Translations under genes and position numbers: made by a program | Assembly: GCA_964551375.1 (NCBI GenBank) | Contig: CAZKBG010000001.1 | Coordinates: 330,001 to 362,000, forward strand | Length of the DNA stretch: 32,000 bases | Source of the DNA: an uncultured archaeon | Lineage (GTDB): Archaea > Iainarchaeota > Iainarchaeia > Iainarchaeales > JAAZKV01 | Reading direction: 5' to 3' | Shown: piece after piece, positions 1 through 9,049 of the stretch | Position numbering within the stretch: position 1 is the first letter of the stretch | How the letters are laid out: each line of letters opens with the position of its first letter | The notes under the pieces: model-generated | What the model was told of the DNA's origin: nothing | The model's input: only the letters and a program-made list of their open reading frames with translations | Database searches by the model: none

Positions 1-1
1 T

Positions 2-565
2 GAAGTCGCAGGCGGAGAGAAGATTATTACAAAAGAACTGACTTCAGAACAGATTGAAACACAACTTTGGGAAAAAGTCTATGGAAAATTCGTGTCAAGA
101 GTATGCACAAAAAACGGTGCAATGGGAAAAGAAGTTCTACAAACAATAATAAAACTTAAAATATTTTTAACAGTTCCAATGCAGGTGCATAAAGAAAGGG
201 CAAGGCACTGGAAATCAATAAGCAAAATAACAAAAAAACTAATTGAATCAGGAACCGACCCCTCAGCAAACCTTGAACATGAAGTAAAAAGAATACTTGC
301 CCGATTTAGAAGACCAAATCACCCTGATGAAAAATCAGGACTTCACTTTGCAGCGCTTGACACAATAGTAGCTGCATCAATTTATGCTGATTTATTATCC
401 GAGCAGTCAAAAAAACAGCTAAAATCAAAAGAGGAAAAAGAGCACTTTTGGGACTATGCTTACAGCGAAGCAATGCAAAAAATATATCCTTTTATAAGAA
501 GCGACCCATCGCTTGTAAAATCAATACTGGAATTTGGCAAATACGGGCACGAATCCCAAAAATAA
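2..565 (+). CDS. 3' portion of a CDS entering from the left window edge; helical protein of unknown function
   Basis: Frame 2 is open from nt 2 (EVAGGEKIITKELTSEQ...) into the tracked 92..565 ORF and ends at TAA 563-565. The GTG at 92 is therefore probably internal. I cannot assign any catalytic motif. Confidence 0.55.
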   Translation, partial: EVAGGEKIITKELTSEQIETQLWEKVYGKFVSRVCTKNGAMGKEVLQTIIKLKIFLTVPMQVHKERARHWKSISKITKKLIESGTDPSANLEHEVKRILARFRRPNHPDEKSGLHFAALDTIVAASIYADLLSEQSKKQLKSKEEKEHFWDYAYSEAMQKIYPFIRSDPSLVKSILEFGKYGHESQK

Positions 566-642
566 CATCCTTCCTTAAAAACGCCCCAAACCTAATTCAG
601 ACGCTTTTTAAAGACTTTTTGCTTAAAAATAACTAGAAAACG

Positions 643-2079
643 GTGGTTTTGATGAGCGTTATTGAAAAGGGTAAAAAGGATAAAGAAAAAGATGAAAAGA
701 GCAAGCTTGAAAAAGAGCTTTTCAGCGATAAAAAAAGCGCATGGGAAATGCTTGGCGAAGAGAAGAAACTTGCATTCAGATTCTGCGATGATTATAAAGA
801 ATTCATGGACACTTACAAAACTGAAAGAGAAATTTCAGGATGGGCAGAGAGACTTGCAAAGAAAAACGGATATGTAGAAATTAGCGATGCAACAAGCGGA
901 ACAAAAAAAATATACGCGGTCAACCACAGCAAAAATATTGTTCTACTCGATATTGGAACCGGAAAACTTTCAGACGGATTAAGGATTATTGGAGCGCACA
1001 TTGATTCATTAAGGCTTGATTTGAAACCAAATCCAGTATACGAAGCCGACCCGTTTTTGATGATTAACCTTCACTACTACGGAGGAATAAAGAAATTCCA
1101 CTGGCTTAATGTTCCATTAGCGCTTCACGGAGTAGTATTTAACAAAAAAGGCGAAAAAATTAATGTTGAAATCGGAGAAAAAGAAGACGAGCCAGTTTTT
1201 GTAATCTCCGACCTATTGCCGCACCTTGAAGGAGCGGAAGGAAAAGAAAAAGCAGCAAAAGATATTATAAAAGGAGAAGACCTTGACGCAATCGGGGCAT
1301 CAATTCCAATTGATGACAAGAAAATCAAGGAAAAATTAAAAGCGACTTTCTTAAAAGCGTTAAATGACAAGTACAAAATCACAGAAGAAGATTTTGTTTC
1401 AGCAGAAGTTTCGCTGTACCCGCTTGTAAAAGCAAGGGATGTAGGAATTGACGCAGGAATTGTTGGAGCTCCGGCTCATGACGACAGAGTATGCTCATAC
1501 ACTGCGATAATGGCTGCGCTTGAATCCAAATCAACAAATCCAAAATTAGTTCTTCTTGTTGATAAAGAAGAAGTTGGAAGCGTAGGAAACACTTCAATGG
1601 ATTCATTCTTCCTTGAAAATCTGCTTGACAGAATCGCAAAACTAAGAAAAGAGAATATTGGGGCAAAAGAAATACTTGCAAAATCAAAAGCATTGTCAGG
1701 AGACGTAACAGCAGGGCTTGACCCAAAATTCGCGGACAAAATGGACCCGACAAACATGAACAAGCTCGGACATGGAATTGCAATTGAAAAATACGGCGGA
1801 AGCGGAGGAAAATACTACTCAAGCGACGCAAATGCGGAGTTTATGTCGTGGATGAGAAGAATGCTTGACGATAACAAACTCCCTTGGCAGCACGGAGAAA
1901 TAGGAAAAGTAGACCAGGGCGGAGGAGGAACAATCGCATACATCCTCGCAAAGTACAACATGGATATTGTTGACGCAGGCCCTCCAGTTCTTGCAATGCA
2001 CTCGCCATTTGAACTCGCAAGCAAAATAGACATATACGCAACTTTCAAAGCGTACAAAGCATTCTTCGAATACAAATAA
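643..2079 (+). CDS. M18-family (aspartyl-type) aminopeptidase
   Basis: M18-type metal and catalytic blocks appear in the expected order: GAHIDSLRLDLKP, PAHDDRVCSY, DKEEVGS, GDVTAGLDP, PPVLAMHSPFE. ATG 652 lies about 25 nt downstream of the TATA-like TTAAAAATA (622-630), so it may be the real start rather than GTG 643. Confidence 0.85.
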   Translation: MVLMSVIEKGKKDKEKDEKSKLEKELFSDKKSAWEMLGEEKKLAFRFCDDYKEFMDTYKTEREISGWAERLAKKNGYVEISDATSGTKKIYAVNHSKNIVLLDIGTGKLSDGLRIIGAHIDSLRLDLKPNPVYEADPFLMINLHYYGGIKKFHWLNVPLALHGVVFNKKGEKINVEIGEKEDEPVFVISDLLPHLEGAEGKEKAAKDIIKGEDLDAIGASIPIDDKKIKEKLKATFLKALNDKYKITEEDFVSAEVSLYPLVKARDVGIDAGIVGAPAHDDRVCSYTAIMAALESKSTNPKLVLLVDKEEVGSVGNTSMDSFFLENLLDRIAKLRKENIGAKEILAKSKALSGDVTAGLDPKFADKMDPTNMNKLGHGIAIEKYGGSGGKYYSSDANAEFMSWMRRMLDDNKLPWQHGEIGKVDQGGGGTIAYILAKYNMDIVDAGPPVLAMHSPFELASKIDIYATFKAYKAFFEYK

Positions 2080-2100
2080 CATCTCAAATTCAAAGTTAAA

Positions 2101-2130
2101 GGGGGTTTAACGCCCCCAACTCTTATTTTT
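2101..2130 (+). terminator. GC hairpin plus T5 tract after the aminopeptidase gene
   Basis: GGGGG (2101-2105) pairs with CCCCC (2113-2117) across a 7-nt loop, followed by TTTTT at 2126-2130. The same T-rich stretch could also be the TATA box for the gene starting at 2156. Confidence 0.45.
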
Positions 2131-2155
2131 AAGCCTAACTAAAAGAAATTCTTTC

Positions 2156-3190
2156 ATGAAACTATGGGAGAAGGTTGATTCAGTAGTACTACGAAACTTC
2201 CATGACTATTGGGAAGATCCACTGATTAATAAATTCCTTGGCGATGAAGCAAGCAAGCGTTTTGAAGGAATACTAATACTAAGAAAAAATAACAAACCAG
2301 TTTGGCTTTCACACCCGTTTAATTACGAGCAGGCAAAAAAACATTTCAAACAAATAGCAAGCGTTGAAACATACCAATCAATGGAAGATATCCATAAAAT
2401 ACTAAACAAATACTGCAAGAAGTATGTCGGATATAATCCAAAGCATCAGACTGTCACAAGCTTCAAAAATCTAAGCAAATTCCTTAAGGGAAGAATGTTA
2501 ATTGATGTGGAAGAAGAGCTGTGCGAACTGCGCGAAGTAAAAACCCCTGAAGAAATAAAAAATATAACTCTTGCGGCAAAAGAAACAAGAAAAGTTTTGA
2601 CTCTTGTAAAAGGATGGCTAAAAAAAGGCTTGACAGAAAAAGAACTGGAAGAGAAAATAAAAGTTCAGCTTGATAAAGACGGATATGACTGCGCGTTCTG
2701 CATAGTAGCATTTAACCATAACACCGCGCACATTCACCATTCAGCTGATGACACAAAGCTTTCTTACGGACCGATAATGATTGACATGGGCGCAAAATAC
2801 AAAGGCTACTGCGCGGACCTTACTGAAATGTATTACTTTGGAGAAGAGAGAAAAGAAGTGCGGGAAAGCAAAGAATATTTTGATTACGCATGCGCAAAAA
2901 TCAAAGTAAATGAATGCATTAAAACAATAGAAAAACTTCTGAAGCCAAAAACTAAATCAGGCGAATTATTCAAAGCAACAAAAACGCTTGGAACCCTTCC
3001 TCATGCGCTCGGACACGGACTCGGGCTTGAAGTTCACGATGTGCCTGCAGGGATAGGCTCAAAAAGCAATTTTGTTCTAAAAGAAGGAATGGTACTTGCA
3101 ATAGAACCAGCAACTTACAACAAAAATTTTGGAGTAAGAATTGAACACAATTATTTAATTACTAAAAAAGGATTTAGAAGGCTTGACTGA
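2156..3190 (+). CDS. M24-family metallopeptidase (Xaa-Pro aminopeptidase/dipeptidase-like)
   Basis: Pita-bread metal-ligand pattern: IDMGAKYKGYCADLT (Asp, Asp), HALGHGLGLEVHD (His), LAIEPA (Glu), RIEHNYLIT (Glu). Confidence 0.85.
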   Translation: MKLWEKVDSVVLRNFHDYWEDPLINKFLGDEASKRFEGILILRKNNKPVWLSHPFNYEQAKKHFKQIASVETYQSMEDIHKILNKYCKKYVGYNPKHQTVTSFKNLSKFLKGRMLIDVEEELCELREVKTPEEIKNITLAAKETRKVLTLVKGWLKKGLTEKELEEKIKVQLDKDGYDCAFCIVAFNHNTAHIHHSADDTKLSYGPIMIDMGAKYKGYCADLTEMYYFGEERKEVRESKEYFDYACAKIKVNECIKTIEKLLKPKTKSGELFKATKTLGTLPHALGHGLGLEVHDVPAGIGSKSNFVLKEGMVLAIEPATYNKNFGVRIEHNYLITKKGFRRLD

Positions 3191-3215
3191 ATTATAGCCC
3201 AACTGGCAAGAAGGA

Positions 3216-3983
3216 ATGAAAATGCATTTTCATGACGCACAGCACGAAATACTCACTTCAATAAAAAACAAACACATGTGCCTAATTATCGGCGAATGCG
3301 AAGTTAGCTACATAGGCAGAGCAAGCTCCACCCTTCCAAAAGGAAAAAGACTTGTTATGATAAAAGCTGACCTTTCAGTTTCAATTCACGAAAACAGACT
3401 CATACGCCCGACTAATTATATGATGGATGCAAAAATCTCGTGCGAATTAGCTGATAAAAACGGCGAAGCGGTTCTTGTCCTCACTGCAAAAAAATTAAAG
3501 CCAAAAGAAACAATCACAGTAGTTTTTAGCGAGGTGACAGCAATTAATGCTTATGATTTGCCAGAGAGCAACGACCTGCGGCTCAGCGGATCTGAAAGAG
3601 AATTAAACACTGCTTTAATGGATGACTTATCCTTCCTTGAAGCAGGATTAAAGCCAATAAACCAGCAGCAATATTTTAGAAAAGGAATCTGCGATATAAT
3701 TGCCGAAGACGCTAAAGGCAGAATGGTTGTAATTGAACTCAAAAGAAGACAAGCTGATTATGCGGCTGTAACACAACTAAAAAGATACGCTGATGAAGTT
3801 AAGAAAATGAAAGGAGTGGAAACAAGAGGAATACTTCTTGCTCCAAGCATAAGAAAAACCGCGCTTGATTTACTAAAAGGATACGGACTTGAATTCTTCT
3901 CATACGATTTTGAAATCGGAGAGAGAAGCAAAATCAAAGGAATTGGAAAAACGCAGATGAAATTAAGCGATGCGTTTAAGTGA
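3216..3983 (+). CDS. nucS: NucS/EndoMS mismatch-specific endonuclease
   Basis: 255 aa. The C-terminal RecB-like nuclease core is DIIAEDAKGRMVVIELKRRQADYAAVTQLKRY (D...E-x-K, then Q-x3-Y). Size and two-domain layout are typical of archaeal NucS. Confidence 0.8.
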   Translation: MKMHFHDAQHEILTSIKNKHMCLIIGECEVSYIGRASSTLPKGKRLVMIKADLSVSIHENRLIRPTNYMMDAKISCELADKNGEAVLVLTAKKLKPKETITVVFSEVTAINAYDLPESNDLRLSGSERELNTALMDDLSFLEAGLKPINQQQYFRKGICDIIAEDAKGRMVVIELKRRQADYAAVTQLKRYADEVKKMKGVETRGILLAPSIRKTALDLLKGYGLEFFSYDFEIGERSKIKGIGKTQMKLSDAFK

Positions 3984-3994
3984 GATAAAGCTTT

Positions 3995-4510
3995 TTACTT
4001 TTTTATAAAATCTTGCAAGTCAAAAAACTGCACTTCATCTCTTGTGGCTTTCAAATCCTTAATTGTGAATTCATGAGTCTTCTTGTCAAACGCCTTGCAG
4101 CAATCCTTAATCACAACAACTTCATACCCTCTGTCATAAGCATCAGAAATTGTGCTTCGAACGCATAAATTTGTCAAAATTCCAGAAACTATTACGCGTT
4201 TAATTCCATTCAGTTCATTTTCAAGAGAAGTATTGTAAAAAGGGCTTATTTTATATTTTTTTATTAAAATATCAGAATCAATCTTATTTATCTTTGGCAT
4301 AATCTCAACATTTTTTGAATTTTCCTTAAACGCAGAATCAGAATCCTTCTCAATGTGCGTGATGAAAATTATTTTGAACCCATTTTTCCTTGAAAAATCA
4401 ATAAGCTTATTTGTATTCTTAATCAAACCTGACAAATTGCCCACATAGTAATCAGATTTTTCAACAGCCCACTCATTTTCCAAATCAACTAAAATTAATG
4501 CTGTGTCCAT
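3995..4510 (-). CDS. isochorismatase-family cysteine hydrolase (nicotinamidase-like)
   Basis: 171 aa. N-terminal ALILVDLENEW supplies the catalytic Asp, and GILTNLCVRSTISDAYDRGYEVVVIKDC supplies the nucleophile Cys. Confidence 0.8.
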   Translation of the reverse strand: MDTALILVDLENEWAVEKSDYYVGNLSGLIKNTNKLIDFSRKNGFKIIFITHIEKDSDSAFKENSKNVEIMPKINKIDSDILIKKYKISPFYNTSLENELNGIKRVIVSGILTNLCVRSTISDAYDRGYEVVVIKDCCKAFDKKTHEFTIKDLKATRDEVQFFDLQDFIKK

Positions 4511-4548
4511 TTAATCTCACTAATAACCAAACTGAAAGTTAATTTAAA

Positions 4549-5694
4549 TCAATCACAAATCTCTGCCACATCAAGCAGCGCGCATGAACAAGGCACGCCC
4601 AGAATTGATGAAATGCTCGGGTTTGTTTTCCCATTATCCCCTGAAATAAACTCTTTAACATAAGTGCCGTGGGAAGTTCTTAAAGTCAAAACAAATTCTT
4701 TATCATTAATTGAATCAATTTTTTCCACTACTACTTCCTTTTCTCTATTTAAATCAGCCCTTCTTTTCTCCACCCTTGTAGGAGTACCCTGCAAAACATT
4801 AAGCTTATCGCCAATTTTTATTTTTGATAAATCAACAGGGCCTGAAGAAGTAACATATGCAGAATATACCTTTTCATGAGGCGTATCTTTTACCGCTGAA
4901 ACATCCTCTGACTTTGCAAACTTGAGCGAATTTACCGACACCTTCCCCACAAGAGAAGAATTAATTTCTTTTTCAAGCGCGGTTAAATCAAAACTTCTTT
5001 TTGTAGGAAGCAACAGCTCCACAACAAAGGGCCTCCCATTTCCAAGCATCAAAACATCCATGTCTTCCCTCCCCGCTCCGTGCATTATCAGAAGTTTGGC
5101 TCCAAATTTTGGGATAATTATTTTCCCAAGAAGCTGTTCAACGCTCTCATCGCAAAAATGCCCTGTGTTTTTGCAGTACCAGCACCCTCCGCCCCTGCAT
5201 TTGTTGCAAAAATACTCCGTCTGCGCAATTTCCCTTGAGTGCTTGCAATATTTTCCCTGAATGAAAACAGGATAAACTCTTATTAGCACAAACTTGTTTC
5301 TAAAATCCAGCAAAAATTCAACTTCAGGATAAGACGCTGAAATTGTTTTCTTTAATTCTGATTCAATTTTTTTAATTAAAGGAGTCTGAACTGAAAGCCT
5401 CAAATGCATCCGCTCCGCATCGCCCAAATTCTCCGGCCAGCTGGCTCCAATTTTAAACGAAGAAAATTCAATTTCTTTGGAAAGAAAAACCATTTTGTCA
5501 AACAGGGCAGAAACTACTTTATCGTCAAAAAATCCGTCAAATTCAAAAGGAACCGCATAATGATAAACAGAAGACTTTATTTTATCGCGAAACTGCATCT
5601 CATGAAGCAGGGACTCATAGCGCGAAAGCGACTCCACCATTTTAACCTGTTCGTTTTCCTGCGAGGCAGGGCTGTCTTTAGAGGCATTTTTCAT
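4549..5694 (-). CDS. pus10: tRNA pseudouridine synthase Pus10
   Basis: 381 aa. Zn-ribbon CNKCRGGGCWYCKNTGH is followed by the catalytic-Asp block HGAGREDMDVLMLGNGRPFVVEL and the C-terminal GTYVKEFISGD. Confidence 0.85.
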   Translation of the reverse strand: MKNASKDSPASQENEQVKMVESLSRYESLLHEMQFRDKIKSSVYHYAVPFEFDGFFDDKVVSALFDKMVFLSKEIEFSSFKIGASWPENLGDAERMHLRLSVQTPLIKKIESELKKTISASYPEVEFLLDFRNKFVLIRVYPVFIQGKYCKHSREIAQTEYFCNKCRGGGCWYCKNTGHFCDESVEQLLGKIIIPKFGAKLLIMHGAGREDMDVLMLGNGRPFVVELLLPTKRSFDLTALEKEINSSLVGKVSVNSLKFAKSEDVSAVKDTPHEKVYSAYVTSSGPVDLSKIKIGDKLNVLQGTPTRVEKRRADLNREKEVVVEKIDSINDKEFVLTLRTSHGTYVKEFISGDNGKTNPSISSILGVPCSCALLDVAEICD

Positions 5695-5833
5695 AAATAA
5701 GTACGAGTAAAAAGGGAATAAAAAGGCACTAGGAAAGTAATTAAATCAGATTTGATTAGGAGTATATTATGCCTGCAAAAAAGCCTGTTTTAACTGCCCT
5801 GCAAAAAGTCAGAAAAACACCACAGATAAATAA

Positions 5834-6778
5834 TTAACGAAGTGTGTTTTCCGCCGCAGAATCACGGCGAGTAATTCTAAAAGCGTCTTCAATAAAAACC
5901 ATTTCTTTTTCAGTCAAAGAATCCTTTGAATCATACGCAACATTTTGAATCAGGCGCTGGAGACTTAAAACATATTTAATCGAAGCCACTCTTTTATTCT
6001 GCGGAATCATTTTATTTATCGCGCTCACCTTTGCTTCATGCCTCGCCATTGTTCTATAATCAATTGAATCGTAATTCTCAATCAGATTGGCATAATATGA
6101 AGGAAAAATTAATGCTGAAAGGCAGGATACGCCAGAGAATCCCTTTCTTAGCGCATCAAAGACAAGCTCTTCATTTTCCTCAAACAGTTTAATCAACTGG
6201 GAATACTTCGCCAAGTTATCAAGACTGCTTGGATCTCTTGAAGAATCAATTACCCCAATAAAACGCTCCCAGTTCACAAGCGAATCAATAATCCTTTCAG
6301 GAATTGCCTGCCCGCCGTAGCCCTGCGAATTGTACAATAAAATATTTGCATTAGTCTCTTTCATAAGAGAGTCAAAAAAATCAGTAAAATCAAGCTCGCT
6401 TTCAATTAATCTCTGTGGCAGATTAATTACGCAAAAGTCAACGTAAATTTCAGCCTCTTTTATTTCAGAAATTATGTCTTCAGCAGTGGGCCCAAAACAA
6501 CCTGCGATTAAAAGCCCTCTTCCGCCGATTTCTTCAGAAACAGTTTCAAGTATCTTCTGCTTGTCAACATGAATTAATTTATTATAATCAGAAAAACGGC
6601 TCATTACAAAAAAGTTTCTCACGCCGCGGTTCATCAGCCTTGCAGTCAAAGCCTTAAGAGCAATAAAATCAACTGTTAAATCCCCTTTAATAGGCGTGAT
6701 GAGGGGAGCAATTAAACCTGAAAGCTTTTGCGGAATATGGGCGGATGATTTTTTAGAAAAAAACCCAAGCCGTCTCAT
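5834..6778 (-). CDS. DapA/N-acetylneuraminate-lyase-fold protein with degenerate active site
   Basis: The sequence aligns by eye along the whole DHDPS scaffold: GLIAPLITPI.., GRGLLIAGCFGPTAEDII, ILLYNSQ, FSGVSCLSALIFP. The GTTGE block reads SRFSD, and the Schiff-base Lys position (IGIKEA in E. coli DapA) reads IGVIDS. Confidence 0.55.
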   Translation of the reverse strand: MRRLGFFSKKSSAHIPQKLSGLIAPLITPIKGDLTVDFIALKALTARLMNRGVRNFFVMSRFSDYNKLIHVDKQKILETVSEEIGGRGLLIAGCFGPTAEDIISEIKEAEIYVDFCVINLPQRLIESELDFTDFFDSLMKETNANILLYNSQGYGGQAIPERIIDSLVNWERFIGVIDSSRDPSSLDNLAKYSQLIKLFEENEELVFDALRKGFSGVSCLSALIFPSYYANLIENYDSIDYRTMARHEAKVSAINKMIPQNKRVASIKYVLSLQRLIQNVAYDSKDSLTEKEMVFIEDAFRITRRDSAAENTLR

Positions 6779-6786
6779 GCATTCAC

Positions 6787-7464
6787 CTAATTATTCATCT
6801 GTTTCTTCATCAGCTCATTTTTGACTGCTTTGACAAAAGCGTCCCCTACTAATACTTTTTTCATTTCTTCAAAAACATACACATCAAGCGCTGAAGTGTC
6901 AACAGAAGGGAATGCTTCAATAAGTTTTTTCACAGAAGCAAAGTCAAGATTGAAATAAGCAAGCCCCTGCATTTTTGAAATTTTCTTTCCTCTGTCCACT
7001 ACATTATCCTCAAAAATCGCAAAATCAATCTTTGAAAACCGCATTGTGTAATAGCCATCAACCCACACATCATCTGAAAGCAAAAGCGCGTCCTTAGGCT
7101 GAATTTTCTTTTCAGCAAGTATTTTTTGAATCATAACCTGCTTAAAGTAAGTGTCAACAAACTCAGGATTTTTTGATAACGCATCCCTATGAAGCTTTTC
7201 ATCCATCTCGGCTTTTTCTTTTATATAATTTTCATCAACGCAGAGAAATCTGTCCGCTCCGAGGCATTTTGAAACTTTAAGGCACGCGTGTTTATTTTTT
7301 GCAACTGATTCAATGTGGCCTGAAATCATGAAAAGCTCAATCTTATTTTTTTTAGCAAACGAACAGATTTTTGTAAGAAAGGACTTTACTTTTTTCTCAT
7401 CAGGAACATAATCCCCAATAGGAGTCAAAACACCCTCCATTTCAATGAAACAAATTTTCTTCAT
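6787..7464 (-). CDS. HAD-like protein with E-x-E in place of the D-x-D nucleophile motif
   Basis: The N-terminus ICFIEMEGVLTPIGDYVPDE parallels IAFLDIDGVLTPTPDYFPGE of the ORF at 9721. A possible motif IV is LLLSDDVWVDG. It is co-directional with the DapA-like gene, with an 8-nt gap to it. Confidence 0.5.
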   Translation of the reverse strand: MKKICFIEMEGVLTPIGDYVPDEKKVKSFLTKICSFAKKNKIELFMISGHIESVAKNKHACLKVSKCLGADRFLCVDENYIKEKAEMDEKLHRDALSKNPEFVDTYFKQVMIQKILAEKKIQPKDALLLSDDVWVDGYYTMRFSKIDFAIFEDNVVDRGKKISKMQGLAYFNLDFASVKKLIEAFPSVDTSALDVYVFEEMKKVLVGDAFVKAVKNELMKKQMNN

Positions 7465-7538
7465 GAGAAAAGTCTACTAAGAAACATTAAAAAGCGCTAC
7501 TTTTGATGAAAAACCGCTTGGAAAAAACAAAATAAAGG

Positions 7539-7547
7539 TTTTTATAT
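7539..7547 (+). promoter_or_regulatory. TATA-like box for the small ORF at 7568
   Basis: TTTTTATAT is centred about 24 nt upstream of ATG 7568, which is leaderless geometry. Confidence 0.4.
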
Positions 7548-7567
7548 CTGAATGGAGAAGTTAGAGT

Positions 7568-7729
7568 ATGGCTAAGATACAAACAGGACTTTTTTTAATC
7601 GGAATAGGAATAGGAATGATTGCGAATAATATTATTCCAATACCAAACGAGCTTGGATTCATCAAGCAGATGGTATGGCTTATATTCATAATACTAGGGA
7701 CTGTGTTCATAATCAACAGCTCGGGCTGA
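7568..7729 (+). CDS. small membrane protein (53 aa, two predicted TM helices), below the ORF-track length cutoff
   Basis: My own translation: MAKIQTGLFLIGIGIGMIANNIIPIPNELGFIKQMVWLIFIILGTVFIINSSG*. It has a TATA-like box at -24 and a hairpin plus T5 directly after the stop. Confidence 0.5.
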   Translation: MAKIQTGLFLIGIGIGMIANNIIPIPNELGFIKQMVWLIFIILGTVFIINSSG

Positions 7730-7770
7730 TCGGCTAAAACCAGCCCAAATTATTGCAAAAGACTCTTTTT
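7723..7770 (+). terminator. hairpin plus T5 tract after the small ORF
   Basis: GGGCTG (7723-7728) pairs with CAGCCC (7741-7746) across a 12-nt loop. TTTTT lies at 7766-7770. Confidence 0.4.
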
Positions 7771-7826
7771 GCGGGCGATTTAGGAGCAAAACTTAACCAT
7801 TAAAAACTCATCAGACTTTTTAATAA

Positions 7827-8984
7827 GTGATGATTAAACGCCTCAAATATCAAGACAAGGAAATTATACTTGTCGGAACTGCCCACATTTCAAAGGAATC
7901 AATAAAACTTGTTGAAGAAACAATTTCAAAGGAAGAGCCAGATGTAATTGGCGTAGAGCTCGACAAAGACAGATTGTACCAGTTGATGTCTGGAAAAAAA
8001 TGGCAGGAAACAAATATTATTGAAATAATCCAGACCGGAAAAACAGAACTATTTTTACTAAACATACTTCTTTCAAATATGCAAAGACAGCTTGGAGAGC
8101 ATGTTGGGGTAGCTCCTGGAGCGGAAATGCTTGCCGCGTTAAAAATTGCGCAGGAAAAACAACTCCCAGTGCAGCTGCTTGACAGAGATGTCCGAGTTAC
8201 GCTAAAAAGAGCATTCAAAACAATGGGGATAATTGAAAAATTAAAACTCGGCGCAGCACTAATCGGCGGATTTTTTGGAATCGGAGAAAAAGTTACGGTT
8301 GAAAAAATTGAAGAGCTGAAAAAAGAGGACCTTTTGAATAACTTAATGAAAGAGCTTGGAAAACAGTTCCCTTCAATAAAAAAAGTTCTTGTAGATGAAA
8401 GGGATTTATTTATTTCAGAAATGATAAGAAAAAGCCCTGGAAAGAAAATTGTCGCAGTAGTAGGAGCGGGGCATATTGAAGGAATAATTGAGCACATAAA
8501 AAAAGACAAGAAAGTAAATCTTGCGGAAATAAGCGTTGTGCCAAAAAAACTTGGAATTTTAAAAATAGTTGGAATAGTACTCCCAATAATATTTGCGGTT
8601 CTTATCGGATATGGGTTTTATGTTAAAGGGCTTGAAACAACGCTCAATTTGCTTGGATACTGGATATTAATAACAGGCGGTCTTTCAGCGCTTGGAGCCC
8701 TTATTGCAAGAGCGCATCCTCTTTCAATAATAGCCGCGTTTATTTCAGCGCCAATAACAACACTTCACCCGGCTCTTGCGGCGGGATGGATAAGCGGGCT
8801 TGTTGAAGCAAAATTTAATCCCCCGAAAGTAATTGATTTTGAAAAACTCCCCGAGGTATCAACAATAGGCGGATTTTACAGAAACAGAGTAACGCACGTT
8901 TTGATAGTTGCAGCGCTCACAAATATCGGCGCAACAATAGGGGTAATCATAGCTTTCCCAACTCTTCTTGCTCTGCTTGCGTGA
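7827..8984 (+). CDS. TraB/PrgY-family protein with C-terminal membrane domain
   Basis: Motifs present: ILVGTAHISKESIKLVEE, PDVIGVELDKDR, PGAEMLAA, LLDRDVRVTLKR, DERDLFISEMI, VVGAGHIEGI. About 4 hydrophobic helices follow. GTG 7827 is immediately followed by ATG 7830. Confidence 0.8.
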   Translation: MMIKRLKYQDKEIILVGTAHISKESIKLVEETISKEEPDVIGVELDKDRLYQLMSGKKWQETNIIEIIQTGKTELFLLNILLSNMQRQLGEHVGVAPGAEMLAALKIAQEKQLPVQLLDRDVRVTLKRAFKTMGIIEKLKLGAALIGGFFGIGEKVTVEKIEELKKEDLLNNLMKELGKQFPSIKKVLVDERDLFISEMIRKSPGKKIVAVVGAGHIEGIIEHIKKDKKVNLAEISVVPKKLGILKIVGIVLPIIFAVLIGYGFYVKGLETTLNLLGYWILITGGLSALGALIARAHPLSIIAAFISAPITTLHPALAAGWISGLVEAKFNPPKVIDFEKLPEVSTIGGFYRNRVTHVLIVAALTNIGATIGVIIAFPTLLALLA

Positions 8985-9049
8985 AAATATTTCCTAAATC
9001 GGTTAGCAAGCACATAAGATTTAAAAGGAAAAGAATCCTAATTAGTGCG

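Noticed and set aside
448-877. Overlapping out-of-frame ORFs 448..636 and 662..877
   Set aside because: Both are nested in, or overlap, longer ORFs with better coding character. Their Lys/Arg-rich low-complexity translation arises from an A-rich frame shift.
1125-2093. Several 66-150-aa minus-strand ORFs inside the aminopeptidase gene
   Set aside because: All are nested antisense ORFs with low-complexity Leu/Ser/Phe content. The plus-strand frame has the full M18 motif set.
5769-5837. 22-aa micro-ORF MPAKKPVLTALQKVRKTPQINN, with AGGAG 7 nt upstream and TAATTAAAT about 27 nt upstream
   Set aside because: It is too short to judge from sequence alone, overlaps the 3' end of the convergent DapA-like gene by 4 nt, and matches no small-protein family I recognise. 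It is kept only as a note.
7850-8509. 219-aa minus-strand ORF antisense to the TraB gene
   Set aside because: Its Ser/Phe/Ile-rich composition is typical of the reverse complement of a Lys/Glu-rich gene. The TraB frame carries clear family motifs and this one carries none.
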